Positions 9,733-16,875 of a stretch of 64,000 nucleotides of DNA are shown piece after piece. The DNA is from a virus: positions 1 through 64,000 of the IMG/VR virus record IMGVR_UViG_3300032116_000108. One strand, written 5' to 3'. A program made the position numbers and the translations under genes. Positions within the stretch are counted from its first letter, which is position 1. Each line of letters opens with the position of its first letter. The notes under the pieces were generated by a model. The model was given only the letters and a program-made list of their open reading frames with translations, ran no database searches and was not told the DNA's origin.

Positions 9733-11535
9733 TTAATAAGTTATTGTCCAATTTTGAGGTGATCCCGTTAAAAAGGAAACCGCAGCCAACCCGTTGTATC
9801 CACCACTAGAACTGTCCGGATCTGCATTTGTTCCCCCAATGTTTAAATCTATACTATCCCAACCTGTTAAGTTATATGTTGCATTACCACTAAAATCAAC
9901 AAGAATTTGATTAACCTCAGAGGCGGTCATATTATTATCTTGTAATCTTATTCTTACACCATCAGTAAGTGTTGCTCCCGATAATGGTTTAAAATCAACA
10001 TAACCTAAATCACAACCATAAAAACCTAAAGAACTTGTTACTAATCCGGTACCACCATTTGAGAATGTAGACACAGAAACGGGTAATAAAACGTTAGTCA
10101 TCCCTGTATTTAAATATAACGACACCCTACCACCTAATCCTGTCAACATAGACATGTCGTGCGTTCCTTGTAAATCCACTCCTTGAGCTAAATATGATGT
10201 TATGGTATTTACTGAAGGTCCATGCGTGATACCTGTAAGATTATTATTTCCTGTTACAAAAAAAGTTGTTGACAGTCCTGTTATTCCCGACATATTTAAA
10301 TTACCTGTCAGGTTACAACCATCAAAACGCATATATGTGGTTGACGGTCCTATATTAATATGAGTGTTTCCACTAGAACTAAAAGTAATTCCTGTTAAAT
10401 TAGGATTGTTTGCAACACTAAAAGACCCACCTAATATATCAGACACAGTACTTAAATCTAAATTACCCGTAAGGTTGCAATTAAAAATTTTAAATTCATT
10501 AAAATTGTTTGAAGTACCCGTCATGTCAAACGTTACTCCGGTTAGTAATGAATTATCTTGTAATTCCAATACATTATTCATTTTTTTAAATATACTTAAA
10601 TCAAGGTTTCCTGTTAGATTGTTATTATTAAAAGCCATAAGCCCACAACCATATGTTATAATATTATTTGGTCCTGAAGAAATCGCAGAATAACTTGGAA
10701 AAGTTATACCTGTTATATTATTATTTCCAAAACTAATATAAGTTGGAAAACCAGAAAGTGGTGATAAATCTAAATTCCCTTGGATATTACAACTAAACCC
10801 ATATATTAATGGGTTAGATACTGATGCAAAATTTTTGTTTGCAGGAATACTTGGAAATGTTACTCCAGTTAAATTTGGATTACTATTGAAAACAAATGAG
10901 TACCTATTTTGTAATCTAAATAAATTAGTTAAGTCTAAATTACCTGTAAGATTATTATTATCAAGATTATGAAGCCTACCTAAACTAGTCACATTAACAG
11001 GAAAAGTTATTGCTGTAAGTGATTTGTTATCGTAAATATCTAAATCTTGATACCTTTGAAAGATACTAATATCTAAATCTTTAACTCCTGTGTTTTGTAA
11101 TGTATATTGAAACATGGAGTAATTTGAATCAGTAACCCCTTTCCATGTGGTCGGACTAGTAATTGCGGTTAATCCTGGTGAATTAATTATCGAAAACACT
11201 GTCTCTTGTTCTGACCAATCTGAAAAGTCCAAACCACCTATCAAACCACCACCAAATAAGGTGTAACCTATTTGGTTTTTACGGTACGTTTTTATTTGTG
11301 CCACTTTTTCTCCGGCAGTTAAACCTGTAATTGAGTATGGTCGTGTAGTTCCTGTCCCTCCACCACTTCTAGTGACTCCACTGTACGATGTGGGATACCC
11401 ACTAATACCAACTAACGCCCTCTTTATTGTCCCATCATCGGCAAAATAATGAGTAAAATTAAACGTTGTCCCCGTAAACCTAACATTAACTATGTCCTGA
11501 GATTTGTTTGTAGAAAAAAATGCAGCTCCTTTCAT
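9733..11535 (-). CDS. leucine-rich-repeat protein, putative distal adhesin/receptor-binding protein
   Basis: Alternating NNNLTGNLDLS and N.NLTG(V/I)TF repeats; lies directly after the YadA-like fibre gene. Confidence 0.7.
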   Translation of the reverse strand: MKGAAFFSTNKSQDIVNVRFTGTTFNFTHYFADDGTIKRALVGISGYPTSYSGVTRSGGGTGTTRPYSITGLTAGEKVAQIKTYRKNQIGYTLFGGGLIGGLDFSDWSEQETVFSIINSPGLTAITSPTTWKGVTDSNYSMFQYTLQNTGVKDLDISIFQRYQDLDIYDNKSLTAITFPVNVTSLGRLHNLDNNNLTGNLDLTNLFRLQNRYSFVFNSNPNLTGVTFPSIPANKNFASVSNPLIYGFSCNIQGNLDLSPLSGFPTYISFGNNNITGITFPSYSAISSGPNNIITYGCGLMAFNNNNLTGNLDLSIFKKMNNVLELQDNSLLTGVTFDMTGTSNNFNEFKIFNCNLTGNLDLSTVSDILGGSFSVANNPNLTGITFSSSGNTHINIGPSTTYMRFDGCNLTGNLNMSGITGLSTTFFVTGNNNLTGITHGPSVNTITSYLAQGVDLQGTHDMSMLTGLGGRVSLYLNTGMTNVLLPVSVSTFSNGGTGLVTSSLGFYGCDLGYVDFKPLSGATLTDGVRIRLQDNNMTASEVNQILVDFSGNATYNLTGWDSIDLNIGGTNADPDSSSGGYNGLAAVSFLTGSPQNWTITY

Positions 11536-11538
11536 ATG

Positions 11539-13476
11539 TTAATTATAATCATTACCAACTGTCCAATAAAGAATATTACCATCATAAACACATGATAGTA
11601 TGTCTACAGCATTAGGGTTACTTGTTAAGTAAATTAAACCACCACCACCACTAGAAACTTTATGTCTTCCTGAACCTGATGTTCCATTTATTGTTCCTAA
11701 CGTGATGGCCCTACTACCACTACTGTTTTGTGTTAAAATAATTGTAGCATACTCACCATTTCTTATATTAGATACATTAAGTGTTGTTGTTGCTGCAGTT
11801 AAAGTTGCGGTATAATTGTTACTAACGCCAGAAACGTTCCAATTAATAGTAGATGCAGTTCCAGGATTAAAAAATGGTGGTACAGGTAAGTTTAAATATG
11901 TTGTTGCTGATATCGTATTTGCAGTTAATCCACCACTAACATTTAAATTTCCTGTAATATCAACTTGATTTCCTCCGGCAAAGAGTAAATTACTTCTATT
12001 TAAATCACTTGTTCCGTTACCTATAATTAATGCACCTGAAGTTGTGTCAGCAGTTAAGTTCCATTTACCTGTTGCGTGTTGGTAAGTTCCTGACGCGTAT
12101 GTTCCTTGTCCTTCTGTATGCGAACCAAAACCAAAAGCATATGTTTCGTCACCTTCAGCATGAGATGCAATTCCAAAAGCCGTTGTTTTTACTCCTTCCG
12201 CATGAGACGATCTTCCAAGTGCGGTTCCACCACTAACATATGTAGGGTGAAGAAAATATCCACCTTCAGCATGAGAACCCTTACCATCGGCTAATGTCCC
12301 ATAACCTTCGGCATGTGAAAAATCACCACTAGCAATAGTTTGATTACCTTCAGCATGTGACCATTGTCCCGTCGCTAAAGTAGACGAACCTTCAACGTGT
12401 GACCAATCACCTTGTGAAATCGTATTTTGTCCTTCAGCATGTGATGATTGACCTATTGCCTGTGTTAGTTGTCCCTCAGCATGTGAATAAGATCCTCCGG
12501 CATTCGTTAACCACCCTTCTGAGTGTGATGAAATTCCAGAAGAAATTGTACTTTCACCTTCAGCGTGTGAACCCATACCAATTGCAGTACCACCTGAAAA
12601 CGGACCACCATCTATATACCCACCTTCAGCATGTGAACCCCAACCTAACGCAACACTATAAACACCCTCTGAGTGTGATGAGACTCCAGACGCGATAGTT
12701 AATGTTCCTTCTGCGTGAGATCCCCAAGCAAGCGCTTTACCTCCTGGTGCAAAATTAGCACCATTATAATAACCCCCTTCGGCATGTGAACCCCACTCAG
12801 CAGCAACCGTTTGTATTCCTTCTGCCTTTGAGATATTTCCCGATGCTACTGTCCCAAAACCTTCAGCATGTGAATAAGGCCCCGAAGCCAGTGTTTGTAC
12901 ACCAACGGCAAAGGAATAATCAGTAGTTGCGGATGTTTCAAAACCAAAAGAAAAAGAAGTTAAGCCTGATACCGTACTACCTGTTGATCTTATTGAGTCA
13001 TATATTGTTATTGGTGAACATCCGTGAATATTCGTGACATATAAATCAGCTATACAATTTCCTGATCCTCCCGTGAATGTTGTTCCTGAAGCGGTAATTC
13101 CTGTAACTTGGAATGTGTTATTTTGATTATTTGTAAAAGTTAAAGTATCTATTAAAAACGTCCCTCCTGTTACAAAAGTGTCTCCTGTAATTTGTACACC
13201 ATTAACAAATAAAGTACTAGCAGACATTGTATTTGCAGTTAATCCATTTGTAAAATTAGTAGCACCTGATACAGTTCCACCACTTAATGGTAAGTAGTCA
13301 CCTGAAACCGATCCCCCACTAAATAACCCGGCAAGTTGTCCTAACTCCGCCTTAAATGATGATCCAGCAGAATTTTGTGAAGTATCACCTGTTGTTACAA
13401 TATGAATAAGTGTCGTCGGAGTTATTGCCGACGCTTGTGCTAATGTTCTGTCCGTTAATAATTGATATGTTGGCAT
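11539..13476 (-). CDS. trimeric fibre with YadA-head-like (SHAEG) repeats
   Basis: About 17 14-residue S-H-A-E-G repeats, IGNGTSDLNRSN neck motif, and a C-terminal TQNSSGSR...VDILSCVYDG fibre-tip domain. Confidence 0.75.
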   Translation of the reverse strand: MPTYQLLTDRTLAQASAITPTTLIHIVTTGDTSQNSAGSSFKAELGQLAGLFSGGSVSGDYLPLSGGTVSGATNFTNGLTANTMSASTLFVNGVQITGDTFVTGGTFLIDTLTFTNNQNNTFQVTGITASGTTFTGGSGNCIADLYVTNIHGCSPITIYDSIRSTGSTVSGLTSFSFGFETSATTDYSFAVGVQTLASGPYSHAEGFGTVASGNISKAEGIQTVAAEWGSHAEGGYYNGANFAPGGKALAWGSHAEGTLTIASGVSSHSEGVYSVALGWGSHAEGGYIDGGPFSGGTAIGMGSHAEGESTISSGISSHSEGWLTNAGGSYSHAEGQLTQAIGQSSHAEGQNTISQGDWSHVEGSSTLATGQWSHAEGNQTIASGDFSHAEGYGTLADGKGSHAEGGYFLHPTYVSGGTALGRSSHAEGVKTTAFGIASHAEGDETYAFGFGSHTEGQGTYASGTYQHATGKWNLTADTTSGALIIGNGTSDLNRSNLLFAGGNQVDITGNLNVSGGLTANTISATTYLNLPVPPFFNPGTASTINWNVSGVSNNYTATLTAATTTLNVSNIRNGEYATIILTQNSSGSRAITLGTINGTSGSGRHKVSSGGGGLIYLTSNPNAVDILSCVYDGNILYWTVGNDYN

Positions 13477-13497
13477 ACTTTATTATATAAATATTAT

Positions 13498-13785
13498 TTA
13501 TTGAAAAATATACCCAAACCCGTCCATAAAATTAAAGTATATATCATCTTGGAAAGATTTTTGACCTAAGCAGTTTATGATTGTTGAGTAAATACAACCG
13601 TTAGTATCGACTATTCTTAAATAAAGAAAATTTTCATTTGGGAAATAGTTTTCAGTGTTTATAACCACAGTTGCTGGTATATATGTTAATCCTGAAATAT
13701 AAAAACACCCTGTATTTGTTGGGTCACAAAGAAAAATATCTAAAGGCTCTAAAGTTCCTGTTTCTCCAGTAATATTAATTATCAT
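13498..13785 (-). CDS. small Cys-containing adaptor-like protein, family member 2 of 3
   Basis: PLDIFLCD...CFYI...IVDTNGC and tail FQDDIYFNFMDGFGYIFQ. Confidence 0.55.
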   Translation of the reverse strand: MIINITGETGTLEPLDIFLCDPTNTGCFYISGLTYIPATVVINTENYFPNENFLYLRIVDTNGCIYSTIINCLGQKSFQDDIYFNFMDGFGYIFQ

Positions 13786-13800
13786 ATTAATAAATATCGG

Positions 13801-14088
13801 TTAAAACCAAACTATTGAGTCTCCTCCTTCAGTTTCTAAAATGTCTCCTAATTCTGTTAATATAAAATAACTTTCTTCATCACAAGTTAATATCTTAAAG
13901 TAAATACAACCCGTACTATCAACCGTTTTAACCATAATAGTAGTAGCTGTTTGTAAAAGAGCAGGTAAAACATAAGTACCTGTTGTTGTACCTAAAAATG
14001 TACAATTATTACCAAATTCATCACAAGCAAATAATGAAACGGGTGGTGTACCTCCTGAAATGTTTAATATGTCTATTGAGTATGGCAT
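13801..14088 (-). CDS. small Cys-containing adaptor-like protein, family member 3 of 3
   Basis: PVSLFACD...CTFL...VKTVDSTGC and tail ILTELGDILETEGGD. Confidence 0.55.
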   Translation of the reverse strand: MPYSIDILNISGGTPPVSLFACDEFGNNCTFLGTTTGTYVLPALLQTATTIMVKTVDSTGCIYFKILTCDEESYFILTELGDILETEGGDSIVWF

Positions 14089-14091
14089 ATT

Positions 14092-16875
14092 TTAACAAGG
14101 GTATGGTTGGCTTATTACTTTTCCTGTTCCATCTATTTGTACAATTATTCTTGTACCGACTATTGGACAATCATTAGATAAGAACATCCTACCAAAACCA
14201 CCACCTGATGGTCCAAAATTTGTTGCCAATCCTCCAATATTTTGTGTAAGTGCAGCATTCGCATAAATTATATCATTTTGGGATATTGTCGCTCCTGTAG
14301 TATAAAAAGTAAATGTTGTACAGTTAGTTGTGGTACAGTAAGTATTAACACCACTCGGATATGTCTGACCATTTGTGAACCACATAAATGATGGTGGAGG
14401 TACAGGTGTTGCGGTTGGTGTTGGCGTAGGTGTTGGCGTAGGTGTTGGCGTAGGTGTTGGTGTAGGTGTTGGCGTAGGTGTTGGTGTAGGTGTTGGTGTA
14501 ATAGTCACAGTTGGTGTAGGCGTTACCGGTTCATAACAACTAATGTCGTATGTTATTGCTAACTCTAATTTAAAATCGGTTTCTCCTAAACTATCAACAC
14601 CATCGGTACATGTTGATTTTATTTGAAGTGTGTTATTAAACAAATCAACGTCATAATCACTTATTTCAGGTATCGATGATAAAATTGTTTCAATTGCGGT
14701 TTTCCATGATTCATCGTTTGGTGCGGTTAATGTTTGTGTATATGAAACACCACTAATAGTAATAATACAATCTAAAGAAACAGTGTTTAATATGCAATTT
14801 GTATAACCACTACTCAGATCCAAATACCCTTCACTAAGCATTTCACTTATACCTCTTTTTGTGTTTGATGTTGTTATAAAGTTAGATGAACATATTTCAT
14901 AAACAACATAATTTGAAACAACACTTGGACTAACTCCTGGTGGTAGTCCTGGGTTATTAGAATCACTTATAATTTCAAAAGATAATTGATTTGTACACCC
15001 ACTACTATCGGTAACTAAAACAGAATATGACCCACCACTTAAACCTGTTGCAGTACTACCTGTTGTTCCCGCAGGTACGTTATCACTCCAAGTGTATGTA
15101 AACGTAGGTTCTCCTTCAAATATAAAAACAGTCGCAGACCCATCATTTCCATTAATTAAATTTGTGGTTGTTACAAAACTATTTAAATTACCACCCGGTA
15201 CTATTGTGAAGTTTCTTGTTACAGAACAATCGTCAGAATCAATTACTTGTAATGTATAATTACCTGCAGTTAAATTATTAAAGGTAGTTGACGTGAATGG
15301 GCTATCAATATCAGATTGACCATCACTTAATACATAATCTAAATTAATAATAGGAGTGTTCCAACCAGTAAAACCTGTACCCACATTTATAGCAACTTTT
15401 CCATTACCTGAATTACATGTGTCCCCCGTAACACTTAATGATACATTAAACTTATCAACCGATTGTATTAAAACCGTATCTGTGTAATTACAAGAACTAG
15501 ATTGTCCTGATATTGTTAATAAGTAATTATCGGGAGATAAATTATTAAAAGTCGCAGTATTTGATTGTAAATTTTGTGAATAAAATGTTCCGTTTGTTAA
15601 TCCTGAAAGACTATAAAATACAGAACCGTTTGCTCCTTGTATTGTTGTAGTTAAAGAACCTGAATTTTGATTACATTGACTATTTGTAATTGTGTTCCCA
15701 ACAAATGTGAACCCAAATGGTACTCCAATACTTACGTTTGTTGTTATAGAACAAAAGTTAGCATCTCTAATAAAAACAGTATAATTACCCGAAGGCATAT
15801 TAGATAAAGTAAAGGTATCAGACAAAGTATAACCAACTTGGTTTGTATTTGCAGAGTAATAATAAGGTCCCGTACCTCCAGAAATATTTACGGTTATACT
15901 ACCATCTGAAGAAAAACAACCTGTCGGATTAACTGATGTTGATCCAACAATCCCTAAAGGAAGTGCTGCTCCGATTGTTTCTGTTTGTGTTGATTGGCAC
16001 CCGTAATAATCAGTAACCGTTACACTATATGTTCCTTCTGTTAGTCCTGTCGCTAATTGACCTGTTTGACCGTCAGACCACTGAATGGTAAAAGGACCAT
16101 TTCCCGTTAAGCCAGTTACCGCCAACTTACCTGTATTAATTACACATGTAGAAGTGTTAACTTTCCAAATTCCGTATTCGATTGGGGTACTAGCACTAAT
16201 CACTACATTTTCAGTATTGGCGGTGGTCAGTCCATAATCATAAACAACCGCATTATAAATTCCTGAACTCAATCCATTAATTAAATAAGGTAATGTGTTT
16301 GTTTGGTATAACGAATAATAAATCCCGTTTTTATAAAGTATTATATTATATGGAGATGAGTTTGATGTTGCATTTATATAAAATGATCCGTCATTATCAC
16401 CACAAGTAGTTCCTGAAACACTATCTATTGTAGTTTCAAAACATTGTGATATATTAACGTTAAAATAAAGTTCATTATTTTGTGGTGCTAATGAGTCATT
16501 TATCCTAAAAACGTATGTACTAGCACTTAAACCTGTATATGAAAATAAACTCGAACTAGTTTGTACAGGTATTGTGCCTGGTTGTGTGTTAGTAATGGTA
16601 TACGGTGGTGTACCACCTAAAACTTGTGCAGAAATAGTACCTCCACTTACATTATCACAAGTACCCGTTACTCCATATAAATAACTAATAGGTCCTTGAT
16701 TACAGTTTAATGAACAAGTCGCACCACTATCAATGATTAAACCAACAGTACTAGCGGTGTATGTTTGATCAACACAAACAGAAACATCTGCAAATGCAAA
16801 CCCTTGTTGAGCATTACCACAAGAGTCCACATAACTATAATAACCACCTAACGTTTTACCCGATATTCCCGCCAT
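14092..16875 (-). CDS. large SprB-repeat fibre protein with a C-terminal Pro-Thr tract
   Basis: Several SprB-type repeats (e.g. GPFTIQWSDGQTGQLATGLTEGTYSVTVTD..GC) and a long (PT)n stalk. Probable start ATG 16875 in a TAATG overlap. Confidence 0.75.
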   Translation of the reverse strand: MAGISGKTLGGYYSYVDSCGNAQQGFAFADVSVCVDQTYTASTVGLIIDSGATCSLNCNQGPISYLYGVTGTCDNVSGGTISAQVLGGTPPYTITNTQPGTIPVQTSSSLFSYTGLSASTYVFRINDSLAPQNNELYFNVNISQCFETTIDSVSGTTCGDNDGSFYINATSNSSPYNIILYKNGIYYSLYQTNTLPYLINGLSSGIYNAVVYDYGLTTANTENVVISASTPIEYGIWKVNTSTCVINTGKLAVTGLTGNGPFTIQWSDGQTGQLATGLTEGTYSVTVTDYYGCQSTQTETIGAALPLGIVGSTSVNPTGCFSSDGSITVNISGGTGPYYYSANTNQVGYTLSDTFTLSNMPSGNYTVFIRDANFCSITTNVSIGVPFGFTFVGNTITNSQCNQNSGSLTTTIQGANGSVFYSLSGLTNGTFYSQNLQSNTATFNNLSPDNYLLTISGQSSSCNYTDTVLIQSVDKFNVSLSVTGDTCNSGNGKVAINVGTGFTGWNTPIINLDYVLSDGQSDIDSPFTSTTFNNLTAGNYTLQVIDSDDCSVTRNFTIVPGGNLNSFVTTTNLINGNDGSATVFIFEGEPTFTYTWSDNVPAGTTGSTATGLSGGSYSVLVTDSSGCTNQLSFEIISDSNNPGLPPGVSPSVVSNYVVYEICSSNFITTSNTKRGISEMLSEGYLDLSSGYTNCILNTVSLDCIITISGVSYTQTLTAPNDESWKTAIETILSSIPEISDYDVDLFNNTLQIKSTCTDGVDSLGETDFKLELAITYDISCYEPVTPTPTVTITPTPTPTPTPTPTPTPTPTPTPTPTPTPTATPVPPPSFMWFTNGQTYPSGVNTYCTTTNCTTFTFYTTGATISQNDIIYANAALTQNIGGLATNFGPSGGGFGRMFLSNDCPIVGTRIIVQIDGTGKVISQPYPC
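14393..14530 (-). repeat. 12-bp tandem repeat GTAGGTGTTGG(C/T) encoding (PT)n
   Basis: Near-perfect tandem copies visible at about 14420-14500. Confidence 0.9.

Noticed and set aside
12070-12880. Recurring CCTTCAGCATGTGA-like units at about 42-bp spacing resembling a CRISPR array
   Set aside because: They are the in-frame SHAEG codon repeats of a fibre gene, degenerate at third positions, with no cas genes or leader.
5330-13470. Similar segments in 5110..5511 and 11539..13476 as a diversity-generating retroelement TR/VR pair
   Set aside because: Differences are mostly synonymous and not adenine-specific, both copies are coding N-termini, and no reverse transcriptase is present in the window.
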